A DNA stretch of 64,000 nt from positions 38,504-102,503 of the forward strand of contig JBFLVJ010000002.1 in NCBI GenBank assembly GCA_040758595.1, read 5' to 3'. Origin of the DNA: Candidatus Micrarchaeota archaeon (lineage in GTDB: Archaea > Micrarchaeota > Micrarchaeia > Anstonellales > Bilamarchaeaceae). This document shows positions 29,281-37,307 of the stretch, one piece after another. The first letter of the stretch is position 1. Each line of letters starts with the position of its first letter. The notes under the pieces are model-generated. The model saw nothing but the letters and a program-made list of their open reading frames with translations. It was not told the origin of the DNA and did not search any database. The translations under genes were made by a program, and so were the position numbers.

Positions 29281-29903
29281 GGATCCTCGCCTTTTCAGAC
29301 CTCCATGAAGAGGAGGCCGCCCTCGAATCCCTGAAGGCAATCGCCCCGGATTACGACCACGTCTTCATATGCGGCGATTTCGCCAAGACCAATTCTTTCG
29401 CCGAGGATGTCCTGGATGCCTTTCCCGACTCCCTTATCATCCCGGGCAATTGGGACAGCAAGCTGGTCAATGATATCGCCTCCAAGAGGCCCCAGTGGCT
29501 ACACGGGAAGAGGGTGGAGCTCGAAGGCGGCCTGAATGCCGTCGGTTTCGGCTACAGCCCTCCGACCCCGTTCTTCACCTACGGGGAATTGAGCGAAGAG
29601 GAAATATACGCGCAGATGTCCAAGCTCCCCATAGACAGGAACACCCTGCTCCTCCTGCATTGCCCTCCCAAGGGCCATTTCGACAAGGTCCACATGGTCA
29701 GGCATATCGGCAGCGGCTCGATGCTGAGGATCATCCAGGAGAAGCAGCCCTTAGCAGCGCTTTTCGGCCATGTCCACGAGCATGCCGGGACCTCGAGACT
29801 CGGAAACACGAAACTCATCAAGCTCCCGCCCGCGAATTCGATGCGCGCCTGCTCGCTCTCCATCAAGGATAAAAGTATTTCCACGGAGTTCATATCACTA
29901 TGA
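29277..29903 (+). CDS. Calcineurin-like metallophosphoesterase
   Basis: SDLH, GD, PGNWD, HCPP, GHVHE. Confidence 0.9.
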   Translation: MRILAFSDLHEEEAALESLKAIAPDYDHVFICGDFAKTNSFAEDVLDAFPDSLIIPGNWDSKLVNDIASKRPQWLHGKRVELEGGLNAVGFGYSPPTPFFTYGELSEEEIYAQMSKLPIDRNTLLLLHCPPKGHFDKVHMVRHIGSGSMLRIIQEKQPLAALFGHVHEHAGTSRLGNTKLIKLPPANSMRACSLSIKDKSISTEFISL

Positions 29904-30295
29904 TGTCGGTCACCGTGCGGATGGCGAAGGAGTCCGAACTGGACGATGCAAAAAGCTTCATACGCAGCATCTTCCCCGACGCGATGGTCCAGATAACCGA
30001 AGACGACACCCTCCTTCTCGCAGAGCACAATGACAAGGTGGTCGGGTTCGCCCACCTGATTGATATGGGCGATAAGATGGTCCTCCAGGGGATAGGGGTG
30101 GACCCTTCCGTGCGCGGCCACGGCGTCGGCACCATCCTGTTGGAGCATGTCCTGGAGAGCCTGAGCGATACCGACATGCCGATATACCTCAAGGTGAAAT
30201 CCATGAATCCGGCGGTGGAGCTCTACTCCAGATATGGATTCATGCTCAAGAGGTTCGGCGATGTCCACGTCCTCGTCAAGAAGCCGAATGCATAA
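29900..30295 (+). CDS. GNAT-family acetyltransferase
   Basis: VDPSVRGHGVGT, NPAVELYSRYGF. Confidence 0.88.
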   Translation: MMSVTVRMAKESELDDAKSFIRSIFPDAMVQITEDDTLLLAEHNDKVVGFAHLIDMGDKMVLQGIGVDPSVRGHGVGTILLEHVLESLSDTDMPIYLKVKSMNPAVELYSRYGFMLKRFGDVHVLVKKPNA

Positions 30296-30434
30296 GGGCT
30301 AGAATCGGACCCCAGGGCTTTTGACCACGCACAAGAGGCGTGGCCTCTTGGCGCACGATGTCGGTCTTTTTTTGCCGGCATTGTCGATCCGTTTACTTTT
30401 GCCATGAGGATGGCAGAAGTCAAAAGTAATCGGA

Positions 30435-30507
30435 TGGGGAGACTGAGATTTGAACTCAGATAACCAGCTCCCAAAGCTAGCAGCTTACCAGGTTGGCTCA
30501 TCTCCCC
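30435..30507 (-). tRNA. tRNA-Pro(TGG), intronless
   Basis: GGGGAGA...CTAGC TTTGGGA GCTGG...CTGAG TTCAAAT CTCAG TCTCCCC A. Confidence 0.92.
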
Positions 30508-30625
30508 GCACGGGAATCATCTACTTGGTGCCTTGGGCTTATAAGTTTTAGCGAATCGCGTAAAATCCGGTTTTTCGTGTGAAAATCGTCGAACGGTTTT
30601 TATACTTATCGTGGAAAAAACTTGT

Positions 30626-31801
30626 ATGGCAACCAGTAAGAGAAAAATCAAGACTCCCAGACTAGCACAGATATCCGATGACCAGGAGCGGATTGAGAGG
30701 CCCGCCCCCAAGAAGAAAAAGAAAAGCCTCCGCTCGTTCCACGGCACTCCCGACCGTTTCAGCCTCTCCAACCTCGCAAAAGTGCTCACCAGCGGCGAGC
30801 GGCTCGACATGCTCAGCGCGGTCGACCGCCTCAAGGGAAGGGCCAGGGTCCTGGTGGAGCTCGCCCTCTTCTCGAATTTCCAGTTCGTCAGGCTCGCGGC
30901 CGTCCAGCACCTGGCCAAGGACCGGGATGCGCTGGTGGACATAGCCAAATTCTGCCACTACGACGACACGAGGGCATGCGCGCTCGACGAGCTCTCCGCC
31001 AACAGCAACGGCCTGGTGGAGGTCGCCTGCTCCTCGCTGTTCGTGTCCACGAGGAAGGATGCGGTCGCCATAATGAAGGACAAGAGCGCGCTCACCGACG
31101 TGGCGGTCCGCTCACCCCACAAGGACTCCCGCACCCTCGCCATGGAGCGCATAGCCAACAACCCGGCGGCCCTGAAGAGGGTGGCCGAGGAATCGTCCTA
31201 TCGCAGCGTCAGGATGAGCGCCATAGACCGCCTCGCATCCAATGTGGAATCCCTCTGCTCCCTGGTCTTCTCCAGGCACACCGAGGTCAAGAAGGCCGCG
31301 GCCTCGAAGCTCTCCACGCACGTGGAAGAGCTGAGCGACCCCGACGCTCTGATGGAGATAGCCAAGATGTCTCCCAACGAGGATGCCCGCTACATCGCTG
31401 TAGGCAGGCTCTCCAATGATCCCTGGTCTCTCCGTGCGATAGTCACAGACGCGAGCCACAAGGACGCCAAGACGACCGCGCTCATGCTCCTTTCCGACAT
31501 GGTGGCCGAGCTGGATGATCCGGAGATACTCGCGGACGTCGCCATGCTCTCGCCCTATCCGGACTGCCGCGTATCGGCTGTCGAGAGGCTGGTCGGGCAG
31601 AGCAGCGCGCTCCAGTCGGTCGCTTCCAAGTCCAAATACAAGGACGCGAGGGAGCAGGCGCTTGACAAGCTCAAGGACGACACCGAGGCGCTCAAATCCG
31701 TCTCCAGGCTATCGAAATACAGCGACACGCGGAAGAGGGCGCACACCCTGGTCTCGCATCCCGAGACGTTCAAGTCCGAGCTGACCAGGATACTGGGCTG
31801 A
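30626..31801 (+). CDS. Alpha-solenoid (HEAT-like) tandem-repeat protein
   Basis: Recurrent ~25-aa units R..A...L.....AL..VA; basic N-terminus. Confidence 0.7.
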   Translation: MATSKRKIKTPRLAQISDDQERIERPAPKKKKKSLRSFHGTPDRFSLSNLAKVLTSGERLDMLSAVDRLKGRARVLVELALFSNFQFVRLAAVQHLAKDRDALVDIAKFCHYDDTRACALDELSANSNGLVEVACSSLFVSTRKDAVAIMKDKSALTDVAVRSPHKDSRTLAMERIANNPAALKRVAEESSYRSVRMSAIDRLASNVESLCSLVFSRHTEVKKAAASKLSTHVEELSDPDALMEIAKMSPNEDARYIAVGRLSNDPWSLRAIVTDASHKDAKTTALMLLSDMVAELDDPEILADVAMLSPYPDCRVSAVERLVGQSSALQSVASKSKYKDAREQALDKLKDDTEALKSVSRLSKYSDTRKRAHTLVSHPETFKSELTRILG

Positions 31802-31883
31802 AAACGGGGATTCACTCCCCGCAATCCTCTTTTTTCGTTCCATTTCCCGGAACCCGAAACCCAAAACTGGAAACAAATAGAAA

Positions 31884-32123
31884 AGCCCCCGGAGGGATTT
31901 GAACCCCCGACTTCCTCCTTTCCCGCTTCCCGATGGAACGAAGTTCCATGGGCGCAGGGAACACAGTTCCCTCGCGTTGGGAAAAGCGGGACCAAAACTC
32001 GCTTGCTAATTTTCGCTTTCGCGAAAATACAAAACCCGAATGGGTTCTGCAACAGCCGGTTTTGATCCAACTTTTCCTAAAAGTTGGTACGAGAGAGGCG
32101 CTCTGCCACTGAGCTACGGAGGC
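31884..32123 (-). tRNA. tRNA-Thr(CGT) with 168-nt intron at 37/38 (31920-32087)
   Basis: GCCTCCG TA GCTC AGTGGCA GAGC G CCTCT CTCGTA|A GGAGG AAGTC GGGGG TTCAAAT CCCTC CGGGGGC T; central splice helix CTCG/CGGG. Confidence 0.88.
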
Positions 32124-32160
32124 GGCCTCAGACAGGATTAGCGTGATTGGGTTTTAAAAT

Positions 32161-33432
32161 TTAGGCGGAGAGCACCTTGCCCCGGCCGCCGTTCTTCGCA
32201 TCTATCAGGAGCCCGTTCGAGCGTGAGAACGCCTTCTTGTAGACCTTCTCCACTTCTGCGTCAGTGGGCTGTTCATGCCCGAGCAGGCCCATCTCCTCGG
32301 CTATCCTCTTGACATTGACGGCGCCCATGCTGCAGGTTATGCTTATCGAAGATCCCTTGAAGGGCACCTTGAGCCTGCGTATGTTCTCCATGATGCGCTC
32401 GGCGATGGCGAGAGCTTCGGGCCAGGATACCCTTTTGAGGACCACGCTGAACTCATCCCCGCCCAGCCTCGCGGCGCAGTCATCCGAGCGGACCGAGCCC
32501 TTGATGACCTCGGCAACTTCGCGCAGGACCGCATTCCCCCCTTTGTATCCGGCCTGCTCGTTGATGGACTTGAACTTGTCAAGGTCGATGAGCATCAGGC
32601 AAAGCTCATTGCCCTTCGCCATGGTCTCTTTGATCCCATGGCGGATATCCACTTCGAAATCCTGCACCCTCCTGAGGGAGGTTATCGCATCGAACTCGTG
32701 CGTGAGCTTGTAGGAGAGCTGGGATGCCATCTCCATGGCCAATCTTGCGGTCCAGTACATCTTGCTGAAGCCGCTAACTTCAGAGTCCTTGCAGCGCAGA
32801 TCCCCTTCGAACAGGACTATCCCTGAGGCATGTCTCCGGTCCCGATAATAGAACGGCATCAGAGCCAGCGAGCTGCCATCCCTTTGGCCGTGGGAGTCCC
32901 TTATCTCGTATTTATCATCGTCTATATTCATGTTGCCGAATACCAGTTTCAGCCCGCTATCGTCTATCACGCTCGGCGTCTGCCTGGTGAACATGCTGAA
33001 TATCTCGTCAGGGGGGTGTATCAGGTGGCCCGGGGCATCGTCTATGCACCACTCGTTCCCCTCGCGCCATAGCTCCACTCTCCTCTCGAGGCTGGCCGGA
33101 GCGGCATCCCTCGCCTTCTGCCTCAACGCCATATAGACACGGGCCCGCTCCATCCTCTGGAACTCTTCGGCCAGGCTTGCCAGGTACTCTCCTATCCCTG
33201 GATAATCCTCGCTTATCTTCCGGCCCACCCTCTGCATCGCATCGGCCACAGCGAAATCGGTCTTTATGTCCTTGGCGGTGTATTGCTGTATACGGAAAGT
33301 TCCGGTGGAGCATCTCCTGGCTCTTGGAAGCAGTATCAGGCTTTCTTCCATGGGCGCGGCCGTTGGTTTGGTTCTGGGCGGATCAGCTATTCTGGTGCCG
33401 ACTGGTCCTTTTGTTCCTTGCTGGGAGGCCAT
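32161..33432 (-). CDS. GGDEF-domain protein (diguanylate cyclase-like) with N-terminal GAF-like region
   Basis: LMLIDLDKFKSIN, RSDD (RxxD I-site), RLGGDEF, ITCSMG, AKNGGRG. Confidence 0.9.
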   Translation of the reverse strand: MASQQGTKGPVGTRIADPPRTKPTAAPMEESLILLPRARRCSTGTFRIQQYTAKDIKTDFAVADAMQRVGRKISEDYPGIGEYLASLAEEFQRMERARVYMALRQKARDAAPASLERRVELWREGNEWCIDDAPGHLIHPPDEIFSMFTRQTPSVIDDSGLKLVFGNMNIDDDKYEIRDSHGQRDGSSLALMPFYYRDRRHASGIVLFEGDLRCKDSEVSGFSKMYWTARLAMEMASQLSYKLTHEFDAITSLRRVQDFEVDIRHGIKETMAKGNELCLMLIDLDKFKSINEQAGYKGGNAVLREVAEVIKGSVRSDDCAARLGGDEFSVVLKRVSWPEALAIAERIMENIRRLKVPFKGSSISITCSMGAVNVKRIAEEMGLLGHEQPTDAEVEKVYKKAFSRSNGLLIDAKNGGRGKVLSA

Positions 33433-33632
33433 GTGAATCGTCCAGTCTACTATGCTGTTTTTTGTTTAAAAATCTGCTTTCGATTTTTATCAGCGCCGCT
33501 TTTTGTGAAATGTCACATTGGATTCAGTTATACTGGTCTATCCACCCTTGTTTGGCTGGAATCCAGGATATTTGAACATCCGCCGCGGCTTCTCTGTGTT
33601 CTCCAGACGATAGAAACGTTTTAAAAGAAAAT

Positions 33633-33726
33633 TGCGGTCGCCGGGATTTGAACCCGGGTTATAGGCTTGGAAGGCGTACTCTTGCCATAAGGCAATCTAA
33701 GTCCTACCAGGCTAGACTACAACCGC
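33633..33726 (-). tRNA. tRNA-Gly(TCC) with 21-nt non-canonical intron at 29/30 (33676-33696)
   Basis: GCGGTTG...TAG|GC CTTCCAA GCCTA...CCGGG TTCAAAT CCCGG CGACCGC A; full bulge-helix-bulge motif. Confidence 0.92.
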
Positions 33727-33789
33727 AAGTAGAGGACTACTAATATAGAAAAAGGTTTAATAGCCCGCGCTCAGGCGGGCAGAAAAAAA

Positions 33790-34449
33790 TCAGACCTTGA
33801 AGTGCTTCCTGCCGGCCTTCACCATGCCCTTGGCATCCTCCTGGCCTCCGAGGCCGAAGGCGATACCGATTGCGAGCGCGATACCGAACACCATCGCCTG
33901 GAGGACCGTCATGAATATGCCGGTTATCAGCGTGGTGTCGATGCCTGCGGTGGCAAGACCCATGGTCGCACCGATGTATATCAGCACGAGCTTGACCGCC
34001 CTGCCGAGGAACCTCACGAATGGAGACTTGCTAAGTTCGATTATCATCTCCTTTAGGTACTCGCCCAGCATCACGGCCAGGAGGAATATCAGGAACCCTC
34101 CGATGAGCGCCGGTGCGTAAACGAGCACGCCAGTGAGATAGACAGCCGTGGACTCGAGAGCGAGGTACGATACCGCTATCTGCAGGAAGATGAGCAGCAC
34201 ATAATACTTCACGATCTTCCTGAGGACGTCGCTTATCTTCACGGTGCCCAGCGCATCCTCCACCTTGTGGTGCTTAAGGGCCTCTTCCAGCTTGATCCTC
34301 TTGAAAATGCCCCCCAGGAACCTGCTGATGAGGGTCGCCACTACCCATCCTAATAGGAAGATGAGGATGGCTACTATGAACCCCTTCAAAATCAGATACC
34401 CGTCAGTGACGGCATACTGTATGACCTGGTCGATTGCTCCAGTCAGCAT
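33790..34449 (-). CDS. Membrane protein with MscS-associated TM-helix repeats (CmpX-like)
   Basis: AILIFLLGW.VA, P.LIG...I and IAFGLGGQ patterns. Confidence 0.7.
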   Translation of the reverse strand: MLTGAIDQVIQYAVTDGYLILKGFIVAILIFLLGWVVATLISRFLGGIFKRIKLEEALKHHKVEDALGTVKISDVLRKIVKYYVLLIFLQIAVSYLALESTAVYLTGVLVYAPALIGGFLIFLLAVMLGEYLKEMIIELSKSPFVRFLGRAVKLVLIYIGATMGLATAGIDTTLITGIFMTVLQAMVFGIALAIGIAFGLGGQEDAKGMVKAGRKHFKV

Positions 34450-34519
34450 CTCATCAAATTCGGCTATAGAATCACCGAAGCTATCGCCCTCGTGATTCTT
34501 TTAAATCTTTCCCCGTGGC

Positions 34520-35173
34520 TCAGAATGCGGAAGCGAGCTCGGTCAGGAACTTCCTCGGGTCGTGGGACTTGACGAAAGCGCTCGCGAGCAGCACCCCGGA
34601 AGCGCCGAGCTCCAGCGACTTCTTCACGTCGTCTCTGTTGCTCACTCCGGCTCCGCAGAGCACCGAGACCTTCCCGTCCACGTCCTTGACAGCCTTCACT
34701 GAATCTGACACCACTTCGGGCCTGGCGGTGGATACGCTCACACCGCTGCCGATCAGTTCCGGCGGCTCCACGGCTATATACGTGGGCGAATACGCGGCTA
34801 TCACCGCGGCCTCTTCTGGACTCGCAGCGCACACCAGGCTCTCCAGCCCGTGCATATGCAATGAATCCACCGTCGCCTTGAGCCGCGCATTATCCCCAAC
34901 CCTCCTTTCGGAATGGTTGATGAGCGAGCCTTTGACCTTGGCCGCCTTTAGCATCTCCGCCCCTATCGAACCGGTGTGCGCCCCTGCCTTCTCAGGGTCC
35001 GCGTGCTGGGAGAACACATCAGAGAATCTTTCTGCGGCCTCGTGCAATGATAACATGGGCGGGCACACCACTATCCTCAGCCCGGTCTCGTCCACCACTT
35101 CCTTGGCGATGTCTGTGAAAAGCAGGGCTTTCTTTATGCTCTCCGGGTAGGTCTTCAGGTTGAGGACTATCAT
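34520..35173 (-). CDS. tpiA: Triosephosphate isomerase (archaeal type)
   Basis: LNLKTY, INHSERR, AVEPPELIG, LCGAG, GVLLAS. Confidence 0.96.
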   Translation of the reverse strand: MIVLNLKTYPESIKKALLFTDIAKEVVDETGLRIVVCPPMLSLHEAAERFSDVFSQHADPEKAGAHTGSIGAEMLKAAKVKGSLINHSERRVGDNARLKATVDSLHMHGLESLVCAASPEEAAVIAAYSPTYIAVEPPELIGSGVSVSTARPEVVSDSVKAVKDVDGKVSVLCGAGVSNRDDVKKSLELGASGVLLASAFVKSHDPRKFLTELASAF

Positions 35174-35424
35174 GATTGTCTAATAGGAGGAGAAATCGTT
35201 TTATTCCTATTCAGCTGGTTTTGGACACGTCAACCCGATGTCAAGAACGACGAATCGTTCTTGAGCATGGCAGGAAAGCCGAACTTTCCTGACTGCCATT
35301 GTTGCTCGGCAACAATAGCATGCTCGTGACCGTTGCGACGGTCGCGACAAGGGTTGACAAAGGGAAAAAGACGCCGACGGCAAGGAACCGCGGTTCTTGC
35401 TCGTCGAAAATCAGAAAAGGTTTT

Positions 35425-35532
35425 CGCCGACGGCAGGATTTGAACCTGCAATCCCAGGGGGATCAGTTCTCTCGCCCTGCTGAAGCAGGACATATTCGAG
35501 ACTGACGCACTACCAGGTTATGCGACATCGGC
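35425..35532 (-). tRNA. tRNA-Ser(CGA) with 26-nt intron at 37/38
   Basis: GCCGATG...TCAGT CTCGAA|A ACTGA, variable arm, GCAGG TTCAAAT CCTGC CGTCGGC G; central splice helix CTCG/CGAG. Confidence 0.9.
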
Positions 35533-35567
35533 GTGGTGATTATCTGAATGCCGCCAAGTGTTTTTAT

Positions 35568-36149
35568 TCATTCCGAGAATTCCTCGGACTCGTACACGAA
35601 GAACTCCATGCTCTTGGTGTCCTTCCATTCGATAGGCCCGAGCCCTGCCTTCATGCAAAGGTGGGCCAGGAACTCCTCCTTCCGCGGCAGCTGTTCCCAC
35701 ACCGCCGGCAGGAACGTGGCCCTCGCAACCCCCTTCTGGATTATCAGGCCGTGCTTCTCCGGGATGAGCCTTTTGAGGAGATCCTTCTCGCCCTTCACCT
35801 TGAACGGTCTGGGTTTGCTCAGGACAGATATGCTTATCCTCACCTCGCCGAGTTCGTCCAACGTGAGAGCGTAGAACCTCGGGTCCTCGGTCGCGGAAGA
35901 TACCGCATTCTCGATGACGTCCTTGAAGAGCGGTCGGTGCGCCTCAAGCGTCCCGATGCAGCCGCGCAAATCATCGCCACGATGCAGCGTCACGAAGCAT
36001 GCGCCGTCCTCGACGAGATCCTTTGACGGCACATCCCCCGGCTCCAGCTCGAGCATCCTGCCGCTCTTGAGATAATGCTCTATGGACTTCCTGGCAAGCG
36101 AAAGCAGGAAATCCCTCTCAGATCGATCCAGCATCCTTACCACCCCCAC
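35568..36149 (-). CDS. amrA: AmmeMemoRadiSam protein A (AMMECR1 family)
   Basis: CFVTL, LRGCIG, DPRF, ATFLPAVW, LCMKAG. Confidence 0.92.
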   Translation of the reverse strand: MGVVRMLDRSERDFLLSLARKSIEHYLKSGRMLELEPGDVPSKDLVEDGACFVTLHRGDDLRGCIGTLEAHRPLFKDVIENAVSSATEDPRFYALTLDELGEVRISISVLSKPRPFKVKGEKDLLKRLIPEKHGLIIQKGVARATFLPAVWEQLPRKEEFLAHLCMKAGLGPIEWKDTKSMEFFVYESEEFSE

Positions 36150-36184
36150 ATGGTTTCACAAGGGATCCGCAGCATCGCCACGAT

Positions 36185-36250
36185 GGTTTCCCGTCCCCCG
36201 TTCCGGGTCTTGTCCGTCCAGAACCCGAAACACAGGACCGGGAACCCCGG
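36185..36250. repeat. Inverted array of degenerate 7-mer repeats
   Basis: GGTTTCC CGTCCCC CGTTCCG GGTCTT GTCC GTCC AGAACCC GAAACAC AGGACCG GGAACCC. Confidence 0.7.
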
Positions 36251-36260
36251 CAGTTCCGCA

Positions 36261-36530
36261 TCATCCCCCTCGTTTACCATAGATATTGTGCACCCACCAT
36301 TTTTTGAGGAATCCGAAAGTCATGGTGGAAAGCAGGAAACCTGCCGTTGGGATAAGGGCGTTCAGGAAAGGCTGGGGTGCACCTATGCTGATGAGTATGG
36401 CGACTGCCAGCAGATATGTGAACACGGCTATCACGAGCTTTCTCGCATTGCTGGTCTCCCAGGCCTTATCGGCCTCCACCCGCCGGTTCCGCTCCTTTAT
36501 AGCTTCTATCTCATCTCTCTGGTCCGCCAT
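36261..36530 (-). CDS. Small membrane protein
   Basis: ERNRRVEADKAWETS followed by two hydrophobic helices; sits inside the amr cluster. Confidence 0.7.
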   Translation of the reverse strand: MADQRDEIEAIKERNRRVEADKAWETSNARKLVIAVFTYLLAVAILISIGAPQPFLNALIPTAGFLLSTMTFGFLKKWWVHNIYGKRGG

Positions 36531-37307
36531 TCAATCCGCCTCATAGAAAGCATAGCAGCCGTAGCCCACCACGCTGTCTTTCGGCCCTGCGGTGTCCCCG
36601 GAGTTCCGGTAATCCAGCAGTCTCCCTTTCCAGCCCTTCTTCCTGGCGATTTGCATCAGCATGAGTATCGGCGTTTTCCCGCAGGCGTCCCCCTTCTCCC
36701 AGAAACCGGATATGTCCAGAGCAGGCACGGTCTCGTTGGCCGCCCTGTCTATCCTCTTCGCCTGCTCATAGCTCTTGAAATGGCTGAGGTCCGAGCTCGC
36801 TATCAGCACGGTGTCGTCGTCCAGCTCCTTCATCACCTCATCCGCGAGCTCGGCAGGGTCCACCTCTCCCGAGAGCAAAGGCCAGACCGTTATCTTATCC
36901 CCGTAAATCATCTGCAGGAACGGGAACTGCACCTCCACCGAATGCTCAGGCTCATGGGCCTTTGGGAACACGCTTATCAGCCCGCCCCCCTTGCTTTTCG
37001 TCTTCACCTTCCCCAAAGGCGTCTCCCAGAAATCATATCCCGAGTCCGCCGCTCCCGGGAACATCGCATAGTGCGAGGGCCCGACCACTATCGCTTTCTT
37101 GTAGGGGATCTTCGCGAGCGCTTTATACCCATAGGCGGCGGTCGGCCCTGAATAGATGTATCCCGCATGCGGGACCACCAGCGCCCTGAGCTTCCCGGGC
37201 AGCCTTACCTCTTTCGCGTCATCCAGGCACTTCTCAAGGAGCTCCCGCAGCTCGTCCGCATCATCCGGATAGAACGTCCCCGCGGCCGCAGGCTTGCGCA
37301 CCTTCAT
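36531..37307 (-). CDS. amrB: AmmeMemoRadiSam protein B (MEMO1 family)
   Basis: AGTFYP, PHAGYIYSG, EHSVEVQ, SSDLSH, CG, VVGY. Confidence 0.93.
   Translation of the reverse strand: MKVRKPAAAGTFYPDDADELRELLEKCLDDAKEVRLPGKLRALVVPHAGYIYSGPTAAYGYKALAKIPYKKAIVVGPSHYAMFPGAADSGYDFWETPLGKVKTKSKGGGLISVFPKAHEPEHSVEVQFPFLQMIYGDKITVWPLLSGEVDPAELADEVMKELDDDTVLIASSDLSHFKSYEQAKRIDRAANETVPALDISGFWEKGDACGKTPILMLMQIARKKGWKGRLLDYRNSGDTAGPKDSVVGYGCYAFYEAD

Noticed and set aside
33504..33517. TGTGA-N4-TCACA palindrome upstream of the GGDEF gene as a CRP site
   Set aside because: Spacing is 4 rather than 6, and a single short palindrome can arise by chance.
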